From Candidatus Heimdallarchaeota archaeon (GTDB lineage: Archaea; Asgardarchaeota; Heimdallarchaeia; JABLTI01), in contig JABCTZ010000046.1 of assembly GCA_018238155.1 (NCBI GenBank), positions 318,784 to 382,783 of the forward strand: a stretch of DNA of 64,000 nucleotides. Direction: 5' to 3'. The notes under the pieces are model-generated. The model worked only from the letters and a program-made list of their open reading frames with translations. It was not told the origin of the DNA and did not search any database. This document shows, in pieces, positions 38,554 through 48,966 of the stretch; position 1 is the stretch's first letter, and each line of letters starts with the position of its first letter. The position numbers and the translations under genes are program-made.

Positions 38554-40320
38554 CTACAAGACAGTAACAGATTTGGCCAAGTTACGAGGGAAATCAGGAT
38601 CATTTCCACGAAGTACTGAAAGATGATAAGCAATTAACTGCAAAATTGGGATCATAGCAATTGGTTCAAGAGCAACTTTTCCAAGAGAGATATAATGATC
38701 AAAGATGTCTAACTTTTCAGAGGATATTCCAGTGATAATTCCACCACGAGCTTTAATTTGCATGATATTATTAATCATATCATCTTTGGTTTCATCATTT
38801 GGAACAAGTGCAATACAAGATATGCCGGGTTCAATGAGTGCAAGGGTATGATGTTTTAATTCACCACCTGCTAAAGCATCAGCGTGAATATAGGCAATTT
38901 CTTTGATCTTAAGTTCGCCTTCCATTGCAACAGGAAAAGCAACACCACGCCCAATTAAAAATAAGTTTTGTTTATTCAGTACTTTTTTAGATAACTCCTT
39001 GATGAAATCAGATTGTTTAATAATAATTTCAAATTGGTCGATGACTTCATTGAGTTGATCTTTACCCTCAGAAAGTTGATTGTTTAAGGCAAATGCTAAC
39101 AATACTAGTATAATCACTTGAGAAGTGAATGCTTTTGTGGAAGCAACTGCAATTTCGGGTCCGGCATTTAATGTAAGATATTGATCAGACTCGCGCATTA
39201 TAGTACTGCCCATTACATTTACTAAGGAAATAACCTTTGATCCTTTGCTTTTAGCAATTCTAATTCCTTCTAAAACATCAGCTGTTTCTCCGGATTGACT
39301 AATAGCAAAAAGAACAGTTTCATTATCAAACAAGTTTTGATAGGTTTTAAATTCAGACCCTAAAATTGGCATGAAATTCCGATGAGTAAATTTAGCAAAA
39401 TAAATCGATGCAATTAGACATGCACGATAAGAAGTTCCCGAACCGAGGAAATAAACATTTTTTGCTTGATGTAACAATTTCACAATGCCGGCTAATTTTA
39501 TAGGATCCTGGTCTAATGCATGCTTTGATACTTCAACTTCTTCTACAATTTCTTTTAACATGAAATGTGGATAGCCGGTTTTTGTAGCTTGTTCAGCAGT
39601 CCATTCGATTATAGAAATGTCCTTTTCAATTTCTTTTTCAGCTACTAAATCATAGATTTTACATTCATCATTAAGGATTGCTAATTCATAATTCTCTAAA
39701 ATAATTGCTTTATTGGTATATTCTAAAAAAGAAGTTATATCAGAAGAAGCAAAGAATTCATTGTTGCCTACGCCTATGATTAATGGGGAATCCTTTCTAA
39801 AACAATAAATTTCGCCCGAGTCTTGACTTAACAACAAAAAAGTGAAAGCTCCTTCTGCTTGTTCAGAAGTTTTCTTAATAGCGTCAATAAGATCTTTAGC
39901 TTGTTTCATATTTTCTTCTATTAAATGAACTAATACTTCAGTATCAGTTGTTGAATTGAAATGGTGCCCCTTTTCAATTAATTGCTTTTTTAATTCGACA
40001 TAATTTTCTAAGATACCATTGTGTATAAGAGCATATTTCTGGTCACATGAAGTAAAAGGATGAGCATTTTCCATAGTAACATTGCCATGTGTTGCCCAAC
40101 GAGTATGGGCGATACCTACTTTACCTGATAAAGATAAGAAATCTACTTTACCATTTACTTCCTCGATTCGACCTGTCCCTTTCTTAACATCAATAACTTT
40201 ATTTCCGTTTAATAATGCCATACCACAGGAATCATAACCACGATATTCTAATCGTTTCAATGAAGCTAGTAATATTGGTGAGGCTTGTCTTGTTCCAGAA
40301 TAACCTATAATTCCACACAT
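38554..40320 (-). CDS. glmS: Glutamine-fructose-6-phosphate transaminase
   Basis: MCGIIG, LEYRGYDS, HTRWATHG, SQSGETAD, PRNLAKSVTV. Confidence 0.97.
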   Translation of the reverse strand: MCGIIGYSGTRQASPILLASLKRLEYRGYDSCGMALLNGNKVIDVKKGTGRIEEVNGKVDFLSLSGKVGIAHTRWATHGNVTMENAHPFTSCDQKYALIHNGILENYVELKKQLIEKGHHFNSTTDTEVLVHLIEENMKQAKDLIDAIKKTSEQAEGAFTFLLLSQDSGEIYCFRKDSPLIIGVGNNEFFASSDITSFLEYTNKAIILENYELAILNDECKIYDLVAEKEIEKDISIIEWTAEQATKTGYPHFMLKEIVEEVEVSKHALDQDPIKLAGIVKLLHQAKNVYFLGSGTSYRACLIASIYFAKFTHRNFMPILGSEFKTYQNLFDNETVLFAISQSGETADVLEGIRIAKSKGSKVISLVNVMGSTIMRESDQYLTLNAGPEIAVASTKAFTSQVIILVLLAFALNNQLSEGKDQLNEVIDQFEIIIKQSDFIKELSKKVLNKQNLFLIGRGVAFPVAMEGELKIKEIAYIHADALAGGELKHHTLALIEPGISCIALVPNDETKDDMINNIMQIKARGGIITGISSEKLDIFDHYISLGKVALEPIAMIPILQLIAYHLSVLRGNDPDFPRNLAKSVTVL

Positions 40321-40542
40321 AATTGATCCTCAAAGTAATACTTGCCATTTAGGATTCTATCTCGCAATTAAAGAAAAGAGATTGTTTAATAAAAGCAATT
40401 CTAAAATTATTTTTAGACCATTATGACTTTTTTAGTAATGGTTAATATTATAAATGAAGGCTTTGGCTTTAATATAGAGACAACCATTATGAAATAAATG
40501 TTAGTGGTAGCTGATAGACAAGAAATAATGTGAGATTGTAAA

Positions 40543-41511
40543 ATGCAAAGAAAACTTCTTACTGAAACCTCCAAAGGATTAACAGCAAAAGATATTCATA
40601 TTTTCACAGATCCGGAAAAAATGAAACCAATTCTGAATAAAATTCGATGGGAGATATTACAACGATTATCAAAAGAGCCAAGGTTTCCGGCTGATCTTGC
40701 AAGGGAAATGGATGTCCATGAACAAAAAATCTACTACCATATTCGGCAATTAATTCAAAATGGTTTAGTAACTGTTGCATTTGAAAAGGAAATTCGAGGA
40801 GCAATTGCAAAATATTATACGGTAACAGAGAAAGCTTATGGTATTGAGTTACACCCAGAGAAGAAAGGACTACAGTTCAAATCAATGGAAACAACAAATG
40901 AATTATTGATACGATTCTTCAGTGAGTTTTCTGACAATTCAAAATATGATGGGTTAATAGTAGTTGGCTCTCCTGAAGCTCATGGTCCCCACAAAACTTG
41001 GGCTCGAGATGGACACTACGCAATTTATTTAGGGATGTTCATTGGTCAATTTCTCCCACCTAAGAAAGAGCTTTACGTAAAATTAGATGTTGAAGTTCGT
41101 GCGGAAAAAGTTTATGATCAAAATATGATTCTAATTGGCGGACCTGCGGTCAATTTGGTTACTAAAGACATCAATTCAAAAATGAAAAAACCAGCATTTG
41201 ACAATCACATTCAAGGTATCGCACCTGATGCGAGATTCGGTCGAGGAATAACCTCTGTACAATCAAATACTTACTTTTCTCAAAATAACGCAGGGATAAT
41301 TTTCAAAATACCTAATCCATTCAATGCTGATAAAACAATAGTAGCATTTGCGGGTCAAGGAAGAAGAGGTACAAAAGCAACGATTATTGCCTTGACACAA
41401 CGTTGGGAAGAGATTTTGAATGGATACAAAGGTGGAAATTTTAGAAAAGTGGTCGAAGGGTATGACCTCGATGGAGATGGAACAATTGATTCAGTGGAAA
41501 TACTTGAATAA
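40543..41511 (+). CDS. ArsR-like wHTH transcriptional regulator with C-terminal domain
   Basis: IRWEILQRL..ADLAREM..KIYYHIRQL; NMILIGGPAVN; divergent from glmS. Confidence 0.75.
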   Translation: MQRKLLTETSKGLTAKDIHIFTDPEKMKPILNKIRWEILQRLSKEPRFPADLAREMDVHEQKIYYHIRQLIQNGLVTVAFEKEIRGAIAKYYTVTEKAYGIELHPEKKGLQFKSMETTNELLIRFFSEFSDNSKYDGLIVVGSPEAHGPHKTWARDGHYAIYLGMFIGQFLPPKKELYVKLDVEVRAEKVYDQNMILIGGPAVNLVTKDINSKMKKPAFDNHIQGIAPDARFGRGITSVQSNTYFSQNNAGIIFKIPNPFNADKTIVAFAGQGRRGTKATIIALTQRWEEILNGYKGGNFRKVVEGYDLDGDGTIDSVEILE

Positions 41512-41566
41512 AGAAAAAATAGAAAGAAAGGCTTCTTTCTAAACTTAATGACAAAGAAAAACCAAA

Positions 41567-42334
41567 TTAGCTTTCCTTTGATTTCTCATCTTCTTTCGAT
41601 TTTTCCTGTTCAGCAGGTTCATCTTTTGATTTGTTAATCAATGCATCCAATTTCTTTTGATCTTCTTCTGAAAGACGGCTGACAGATTCTTGAGATTGTT
41701 TCATAAAGTGACGAATAAACATTCCTTGCAATGGAACCATTGAAAGAGTTGTTTCTGCACGTTGATTATAATCAGTTATTGCTGTTCCACGTAATTCTAA
41801 AAGTGCTTCTTTTGTCATTGAACCTTTACCGAGTCCCTCACAAGTTGAGTCAGATACATAGAATTTTTGACCATTATATGAAAGTGGAAATGTTTTACAA
41901 AAAATGGGCATTGTGAAATAAATGTTGCAGATTTTATTATCAATATCATAAAATGGACAAATACCTTTTCCATGTTCATCAACATCCTTCATCTTGATAA
42001 AAGGAATAATCGCTATTTTGGAAAGTTCATCTACATCGCTCATGCTTTCAAGTTCTAAATGAGGGAGAATTATTTGAATGAAACTACCTTGCTTAGTCCA
42101 TCGAGCAAGATCAGTGAAGGTAATTGGAATTGAGGTTCGATTCTGGCAGCACGTACCACATTTCGTACATTCAAACTTAAACTTGGTTGTTTCTTTTGGC
42201 TTTTCTTTTGACTTGCCTTTTGACTTGCCTTTTGACTTGCCTTTTGGCTTTTCTTCGACTTTTTCTTCGGGTTTATCTTCAACAGGTTGTTCTGTTTTTT
42301 TTGTTTCCTTTTTATCAGACATAGTAAAATGCAC
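41567..42334 (-). CDS. YkgJ-family Cys-cluster (Zn/Fe-S) protein
   Basis: FECTKCGTCC, CPFY, CNIY..P..CKTFP; N-terminal KGKS tandem repeat. Confidence 0.85.
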   Translation of the reverse strand: MHFTMSDKKETKKTEQPVEDKPEEKVEEKPKGKSKGKSKGKSKEKPKETTKFKFECTKCGTCCQNRTSIPITFTDLARWTKQGSFIQIILPHLELESMSDVDELSKIAIIPFIKMKDVDEHGKGICPFYDIDNKICNIYFTMPIFCKTFPLSYNGQKFYVSDSTCEGLGKGSMTKEALLELRGTAITDYNQRAETTLSMVPLQGMFIRHFMKQSQESVSRLSEEDQKKLDALINKSKDEPAEQEKSKEDEKSKES

Positions 42335-42494
42335 CTATAGTATGTATGACAACCAGAAAAAACAAAAGAAAAAACTTGCTATTCAACCGAAATTAATGCT
42401 TAATAGGAAAATATTTTGAAAGGAAAGAAACCATTAAAACAAAAAGTCTTTTAACTTCAACAATTGGCAACAAATATGTGATTACAATAAATCG

Positions 42495-44075
42495 ATGAGC
42501 GATTTTTTGATTATAACTGAATTGGAGGAATTAGAAGTTTCAAATAAAGAAAACAAACCGTTATTAGATAAAATTCAAGATGTATCATTCCGAAGAGGAA
42601 TTATTTTTCCAACAGCAGATATTTACGGAGGAATAGCAGGTGCATTTGATTATGGACCAATTGGTACTCTGATGAGACAAAAACTAATCAATTTCTGGCG
42701 TGATTATTTCGTAAAGAGCGAAGGACATTATGAGATAGAAGGTTCGCTCATCTTGCCACCAAAAGTTTTCGAGGCATCAGGACATTTAGCATTATTCTGT
42801 GACCCTCTTGTTCAGTGTAAAGAATGTAAATCAATGTTTAGAGCAGATAAAATAATCGAAGATAAAATAGAGCAAAATGCAGATGGGCTTTCTCCAAAAG
42901 AACTTGATGAGAAGATAACTAAAAATAAAATCACATGTCCAAATTGTGATGGGGATTTTATGAAGGCTCGAGAGTTCAATTTGATGCTTAAAACTCAAGT
43001 TGGTTCAGTGGAAGGCAATGTCGCCTATCTCAGACCGGAAACAGCACAGAATATTTTCATTAATTTCAAAAGAGTTGCTCATTCAATGAGAGCCAAACTA
43101 CCTTTCGGAATTGCTCAAGTAGGGAAAGTTTATCGAAATGAAATCTCTCCAAGACAATTCATTATTCGAGTTAGAGAATTTGAGCAAATGGAAGTGGAAG
43201 TGTTTTTTGCAAAAGAACAATTAGACAATCCACCTCACTTCGAAGAATTAGCAGATGAAATATTACCTCTACTCACTCGAGAGATGCAAGCAAAAGGCAT
43301 AATAAAAGGCAAGAATATTACAGTAGCAGAAGCAGTGGAAAAGAAATTAATTCCAAATGCTGCTATGGGTTATTATCTTGTAAAAGAAAAAATTCTCTTT
43401 GAAGAAGTGGGAATAAATCCAGAATTAATCAGATTCAGACATATGCTACCAAAAGAAACTCCTCATTATAGTGGAGGAAATTTCGATCTTGAAATAGAAT
43501 TATCAATTGGTTGGACTGAAATTGTAGGAAACGCTTTCAGACAACAACATGATCTAATCAATCATGAGAAATATAGTGGAACAAAAATGGCTGTGCAACA
43601 CACAGATGGGAATGTTATCCCCTATGTCATCGAACCTTCGATTGGTGTTGGGAGAACTCTTTATTGTATTTTAGAAAGCTGTTATAGAGAAACAGAAGAT
43701 AGAGAATGGACATGGTTCCAATTTCCACCAACAATCTCACCTTATGACGTACATGTTTACCCCTTAATGAAAAAAGACGGACTAGAAGAAAAAGCACAAG
43801 AAATATTCGAAGAATTAAAGGGAGAAGGACTTGAAGTAGTATTCGATACTTCTGGAAAAATTGGTAAAAGATATGCTCGAGCAGATGAAATTGGTACACC
43901 ATATTGTGTAACTGTTGATTACGATTCATTAAAAGATGAAACAGTAACCATCCGAGATAGAGATACAATGAAACAAATAAGAGTTCATTTGGATGACCTT
44001 AATGATGTACTTGTTCTGTTACTCTCGAGTGAATATGAGTTCAATGAAATAGAAAATATCATCGCAGAACAATAA
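42495..44075 (+). CDS. glyS: Glycine-tRNA ligase (alpha2 type)
   Basis: YLRPETAQ, RNEISPR, REFEQME, VIEPSIG, GKRYARADEIG. Confidence 0.96.
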   Translation: MSDFLIITELEELEVSNKENKPLLDKIQDVSFRRGIIFPTADIYGGIAGAFDYGPIGTLMRQKLINFWRDYFVKSEGHYEIEGSLILPPKVFEASGHLALFCDPLVQCKECKSMFRADKIIEDKIEQNADGLSPKELDEKITKNKITCPNCDGDFMKAREFNLMLKTQVGSVEGNVAYLRPETAQNIFINFKRVAHSMRAKLPFGIAQVGKVYRNEISPRQFIIRVREFEQMEVEVFFAKEQLDNPPHFEELADEILPLLTREMQAKGIIKGKNITVAEAVEKKLIPNAAMGYYLVKEKILFEEVGINPELIRFRHMLPKETPHYSGGNFDLEIELSIGWTEIVGNAFRQQHDLINHEKYSGTKMAVQHTDGNVIPYVIEPSIGVGRTLYCILESCYRETEDREWTWFQFPPTISPYDVHVYPLMKKDGLEEKAQEIFEELKGEGLEVVFDTSGKIGKRYARADEIGTPYCVTVDYDSLKDETVTIRDRDTMKQIRVHLDDLNDVLVLLLSSEYEFNEIENIIAEQ

Positions 44076-44135
44076 AGGAATAAAAATGGATTTTTCCTAA
44101 AATGGAAAAATTCTCACTTACTTTTTTTAGTAATC

Positions 44136-44282
44136 TTAACGAGCTTTTAATTTCTTGATAATGGGGGGTCTGGTTTTCATAAGGATTCTATGACCACAAT
44201 CAGGACATTTGGAACCTGGCATAAGATTTAACGATTCTGGAGAAATTAATTTACCACATCGGTGACATACGTATTTTGTCAT
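44136..44282 (-). CDS. rpo12: RNA polymerase subunit Rpo12 (P); below the ORF-track length cutoff
   Basis: MTKYVCHRCGK...KCPDCGHRILMKTRPPIIKKLKAR. Confidence 0.9.
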   Translation of the reverse strand: MTKYVCHRCGKLISPESLNLMPGSKCPDCGHRILMKTRPPIIKKLKAR

Positions 44283-44641
44283 TATAATTTAACCTCTGAT
44301 AACTTTTCGATTTTTTCCTTTTAAAACCTTATTCACTGTTACCGTTTTTTAATGTATTTGTTGACTTTTGGATAATTGATTGTAAGCTCTTTACCATACT
44401 CCTAATTGAATTGTTATGATAACAGAACTAACTAGATAGAGACTAAAAATACTAAATGAGAAAATCTCCCAAGTAGATTCCGAGATCAATATTTGAAAAC
44501 AATCAATGGTAACCAACATCAATTAATAGACTACGAAAGATATAAGATATTAGAATAGTTGGACCATTAAAATAGTCTTTCTTCTGATTATTGTTTCGCT
44601 CTAAAAGATATGAACGAAATTTGTTGAATTTCAAGAAATTG

Positions 44642-44907
44642 TTATACAGATGATAAAAATAGATAGATAAAACCACCAATGCCTAAAATGAAAAAGGAAA
44701 TCAGAAACCATTTGAGAAAACTACGAGGCTCCAAAGAGCTTAAATATGGTTCTCGATGTGATTCATTTCCTATAGCAGTCTCACTCTGTTCAAATTTTTG
44801 GAATAGATTATCTTTTTCCCACAATGTGGACAGAAAATCTCATTCCGTTGAACAGGTTGATTACATTCAGAACAAACAAAATCATGTAGCAGTGATCTCT
44901 TTCTCAT
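44642..44907 (-). pseudogene. Zn-ribbon plus TM protein split by a -1 frameshift at an A5 run
   Basis: Frame 0 gives MRKRSLLHDFVCSEC...FCPHCGKK; the -1 frame continues DNLFQK... to a TM helix; junction GGGAAAAAG at 44812-44820. Confidence 0.6.
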
Positions 44908-45111
44908 CAAAGAGAAAAACATCAATTAGTTATATATACAAATCAAATTTGAGCTGTGACAATCATTTTCTTTCATAAATAGTATTTAAAAAACAATCTC
45001 ACTTCGAAAGTAATATCTCTAAGGAGTATAAACTTAAGCGAAAGCTTATAAATCTAAAGTCTAAAAAAAGACAGTAGAAAAACGCCTAAACGCGTTTTAA
45101 AAAGAAGCCAA

Positions 45112-45190
45112 AGCGCGGTGGGGTAGCTAGGTTGTGCCCACAGGGCTCATAACCCTGGGATCGGTGGTTCGAATCCACCCCGCGCTACCA
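45112..45190 (+). tRNA. Initiator tRNA-Met (CAU)
   Basis: A1-U72 AGCGCGG/CCGCGCT, GGG/CCC in the anticodon stem, TTCGAAT T loop, encoded CCA. Confidence 0.96.
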
Positions 45191-45237
45191 ATTCTTCTTA
45201 ACTGTTTTCCACTCAAGTAAATAATGTTTTTTTCAAA

Positions 45238-45726
45238 TCAAGAAGTGTGAATATGTTTAGGATGTTCAGGAATTTTCTTTAATGCATCTTTAAGGAATTT
45301 CGGTTTGAGAACAATGTCATCTAGTTGTTCCATAGTAAACCACCGGAAGATGAGTTTGAATTTCCCATATTTTTCTGTATTGAAATATTCTTCTATTCCA
45401 ATAAATTCGTCTTGTAGCAATTTTTCTTCCGAATCTAGTGGTTCTACTAAAAAATATAATCCAATTTCATGACATTTCTCTTTATTGTATTCAAAGAAAT
45501 TTTCTACCACCCAGAGAAGCCTTTCCACTTCAATTGCTATACCAGATTCTTCGAGAAATTCTCTTTTTATTACTTCTTCTGACGTTTCAAATAGTTCTGC
45601 ACTACCACCAGGAAGCGCTCAGAAGTCATCAAATTCAGATCTATGTAAGAGTACTTTATTATCTTTAAGTACTACTCCTGCAACTCGATAAGCAAAAAGT
45701 CCTTTAGGTGTTTTGAAAACAGTCAT
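45238..45726 (-). pseudogene. NUDIX hydrolase with an in-frame TGA at codon 36
   Basis: MTVF..AYRVAGVVL..DDF*ALPGG..E...VIKREFLEESG; the stop (45619-45621) sits at the Trp usually found before LPGG. Confidence 0.8.
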
Positions 45727-45787
45727 TTGAATCTCATTACTTTTCTAATTTTATAAGCTTTTATCTTTTCTTTGGATTAATTGTGAT

Positions 45788-47293
45788 TCACTTAAGGTTT
45801 GTTTGTTTCTTCCTTTTCTTGTTTCCAATAATTGAAAATAATGTAACCCCAAGAATAACAAGTCCTGTTGTAGGCAAGATTATCAAAATTGCTAATTTCC
45901 AACCGGATAATGAGTTCATTTCTGTTTCCTTTAGAATTCCATGACTATAATAAATATCCATTTCATTATCTCGTCCATCTGTCCAAACAACATGAGGGAT
46001 ATCACTAGAATCTACTCTAACGGTAAAGTAATCTCCTGGTCTTGGGAAAATGTTAGAAGTGTTTACTAAAGTAATAGGAATTGCATCACTAAGAATCAGT
46101 TCATCTGTTGTTTCATTGATATCAAATAATGTTCTATAATAAGGTCTGAAAGTGTCTCCTCTTTCATCATAATAAGTAATATGAACTCTTCCTTGAGAAT
46201 CTATATCCATATCTGGTTGCCATTGATTTCCTTCAACTATAGGATTGATTTGATATTTCCTACTCCAAGTGACACCATAATCATCTGAATAGCGTAAGAA
46301 TATTCCAAATGATTCATCTGAATCTATTAGATCTGACCATAGACAAAAGAGACGATCATTTTGATCAAATCTAATCACAGGTAAAGTAACTCTTTCTGGT
46401 CCATCATAAATACTCGTTGTGAATGTTGAATTCTCACTTTCGGAGTTTATATCAATAGGTGTAGTGAAAGTTACGCCGTGATCATATGAGCTTGTAAAAT
46501 AAACATCACCCCAATTATCACCTGTAAGCCATGTCCATGCAACATGAACATTATTATTATTATCAGTTGTAACATAAGGACCAACGTGATTTACGGGATT
46601 GTCAGCTGAATTAGCTATTTCACCCATCTCTACAAAAGTTGTAGCATTGTTTATTGATCTTGTTAATCGAACAGCTACTTCTGTTCCAACATCATCGTAA
46701 GCAATGTAAATAATGCCATTATTTCCTATGGTCATTGTTTCTTTATCTGCAAATCTGGTTCCCCAGGTTCCAGTTGAAATAGACCAAGTTTTCCCCTCAT
46801 CAGCACTTTTAGCTACAGTTATCTGTGAAAGAAAAGGACTTCCACCTCCCATTGAGTATTCTAAATAAGCATAATATAAAACACCATTATGATAAACCAT
46901 CCAAGGATCGGATTGCCCGGTGTATTGTCCATTAAACATTGGCATATAGATTGGAGATGACCAAGTAAGTCCATTATCCAATGATTTAGAGAAGCCTACT
47001 CTTACTCCACCAGATTCATTGCCATAGGCATTTTTCCACCCAACAAAGATAGTTTTTTCTTCACCCATTGCGATTGTAGGTTCTACATGATGGGGATAAC
47101 TTAAATCGTCCGTAGATATAAGAAATGCTTCTGAAAAGTTTGATATTAAATATGACTCCACAGATTCATTCAATAAAGATAATTTAGCATTAGACTCCAC
47201 TGAAGATTTCTTAACAATTATCCCTGAGAAACTTACAATTGGTAATAAAATAATAATGAAAAATATTTTTCTTTGAGGTATCATATCAACCAA
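45788..47293 (-). CDS. Membrane-anchored BNR/Asp-box (sialidase-like) beta-propeller surface protein
   Basis: Signal-like N-terminus, repeated SxDxGxTW boxes, C-terminal TM plus basic tail. Confidence 0.8.
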   Translation of the reverse strand: MVDMIPQRKIFFIIILLPIVSFSGIIVKKSSVESNAKLSLLNESVESYLISNFSEAFLISTDDLSYPHHVEPTIAMGEEKTIFVGWKNAYGNESGGVRVGFSKSLDNGLTWSSPIYMPMFNGQYTGQSDPWMVYHNGVLYYAYLEYSMGGGSPFLSQITVAKSADEGKTWSISTGTWGTRFADKETMTIGNNGIIYIAYDDVGTEVAVRLTRSINNATTFVEMGEIANSADNPVNHVGPYVTTDNNNNVHVAWTWLTGDNWGDVYFTSSYDHGVTFTTPIDINSESENSTFTTSIYDGPERVTLPVIRFDQNDRLFCLWSDLIDSDESFGIFLRYSDDYGVTWSRKYQINPIVEGNQWQPDMDIDSQGRVHITYYDERGDTFRPYYRTLFDINETTDELILSDAIPITLVNTSNIFPRPGDYFTVRVDSSDIPHVVWTDGRDNEMDIYYSHGILKETEMNSLSGWKLAILIILPTTGLVILGVTLFSIIGNKKRKKQTNLK

Positions 47294-47445
47294 CCATCAA
47301 CGATAGTTATTTAGTAGCATTTCGATGTTTATTACTTTCTTGTAATTCTTGTTATTCCCTTAAAATTTTTAAACAAATGTGTTCGTTGATAATAGTTAAG
47401 AACAAAATTATCATATAAATTGAATAATTACTTTGAGGTTTACTA

Positions 47446-48633
47446 ATGTCTGAAGATATGAAAACACCCATTTATAATTGGCATAAAGATCATGGTGATA
47501 TGGCTTCTTTTGGAGGATGGGCTCTCCCGATGCAATTTTCATCCATTAAAGAAGAACATATGGCTGTTAGAGAGAACGCGGGATTATTTGATGTAAGTCA
47601 TATGGGCAGATTTCGCTTCACAGGTAAAGATGCCTTCCCTATTTTGGACAAGATCCTCCCTCGTAATTTAATGAAACTTGCAGATGGACGCTGTGGATAT
47701 AGTTTCTTACTTGATGAGAACGGAGGTATGATTGACGATTGTGTAACCATGCGAAAGAAAGAGGATTATGCTATTTTTGTTTGTAATGCAGGACCACGAG
47801 TAAAAGATTGGAACTGGATGATTAAATTCATTGATTCTGAAAAGCAAAAGAACTCCAAACTTGATATCAACTATTATGATTTTACACTTGAGTCTGCAAT
47901 GTTTGCTCTTCAAGGTCCAAAAGCAATCAAAATTATGGAATCAATGACAGATGTTGAAATTCCAAGAGGGTGGGGTTATTTTGAAACAACTTTAGCAGGT
48001 TTTGAAGTCTTCGCTTCAAGAACAGGTTACACCGGAGAAGACGGATTTGAAATTACTGTTATAGCTACTAAAGATACCATTAGTGAAAAAGCAATAAAAC
48101 TTTGGGAAGCTATTTTAGAAGCAGGCAAACCTTTTGGATTGCTGCCATGTGGTTTAGGCGCTCGAGATACTTTGCGCTTGGGTGGTGGTTTACCACTATC
48201 AGGTCAGGATTTCAATCCAGAATTCGATCCATTTGAAATGGATTTAGGCATTCAAGGAATTTTCATTGACTTAAACAAACCATTCTTTATTGGTATGGAA
48301 GCCCTTAAAGCAAAATATCCTTCAATTAACGAAGAGAAGAAACGCACTCTAAAAGAGTTGACTCGAAAGAGAGTAGGTATCGAGCTTCTCAAGAAAGGCA
48401 TTCCAAGACATGGTTATACCATCGAAAAGGATAATAAGAAAATTGGTGAAGTAGCTAGCGGTTCTATTTCTCCACTTACAAATAAGGGAATTGCTATGGC
48501 TATTTTACCTCTTGAATACACCGATCTTGATACAGAATTAACAATTATCATTCGTGATAAACCCTATCAAGCAAAAGTAGTAAAATATCCATTCTTTGAT
48601 ACAACAAAATATGGCAGAAGAAGAACTCAATAA
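47446..48633 (+). CDS. gcvT: Glycine cleavage system T protein
   Basis: LFDVSHMG, ALQGP, SRTGYTGEDGFE, GLGARDTLR. Confidence 0.95.
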   Translation: MSEDMKTPIYNWHKDHGDMASFGGWALPMQFSSIKEEHMAVRENAGLFDVSHMGRFRFTGKDAFPILDKILPRNLMKLADGRCGYSFLLDENGGMIDDCVTMRKKEDYAIFVCNAGPRVKDWNWMIKFIDSEKQKNSKLDINYYDFTLESAMFALQGPKAIKIMESMTDVEIPRGWGYFETTLAGFEVFASRTGYTGEDGFEITVIATKDTISEKAIKLWEAILEAGKPFGLLPCGLGARDTLRLGGGLPLSGQDFNPEFDPFEMDLGIQGIFIDLNKPFFIGMEALKAKYPSINEEKKRTLKELTRKRVGIELLKKGIPRHGYTIEKDNKKIGEVASGSISPLTNKGIAMAILPLEYTDLDTELTIIIRDKPYQAKVVKYPFFDTTKYGRRRTQ

Positions 48634-48697
48634 AGGTCCTACAAAAATAAATAACGATGATTAATTTCATCGTATAGTTTTTTTTATTAGAAATCAA

Positions 48698-48931
48698 TTA
48701 AATTTCTTCTACTGTTGCGCTATAAATTGCATCTCCATCGCACATGCCGCTTGCTCTTACTTTTTTGCCAACAAAAACAGCGAATTTACCAGTATCAAAA
48801 TCTGGTGAAACAGCTTCCATTGGGCGTATTGAAAATAATTGGAATTCTTTACCAATTTCAGTTTTAACTATAAATCCATTTGAACGTTCTTCAAGAACAC
48901 CTACAATTGTTATGTCTTTCACAATTATCAC
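48698..48931 (-). CDS. Small hypothetical protein (OB-fold-like)
   Basis: 77-aa ORF with an AGGTG SD-like signal at its start. Confidence 0.55.
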   Translation of the reverse strand: MIIVKDITIVGVLEERSNGFIVKTEIGKEFQLFSIRPMEAVSPDFDTGKFAVFVGKKVRASGMCDGDAIYSATVEEI

Positions 48932-48966
48932 CTTTCTTTATTAATTAGTTTATGTTCTAAAGTTTA

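Noticed and set aside
42200-42250. 12-bp tandem repeat as a CRISPR or regulatory array
   Set aside because: It is an in-frame coding repeat (KGKS) with no spacers; no CRISPR array or cas gene was seen in the window.
45619-45621. Selenocysteine or alternative genetic code at the NUDIX TGA
   Set aside because: The position corresponds to Trp rather than Cys, no SECIS was seen, and TGA terminates many genes here.
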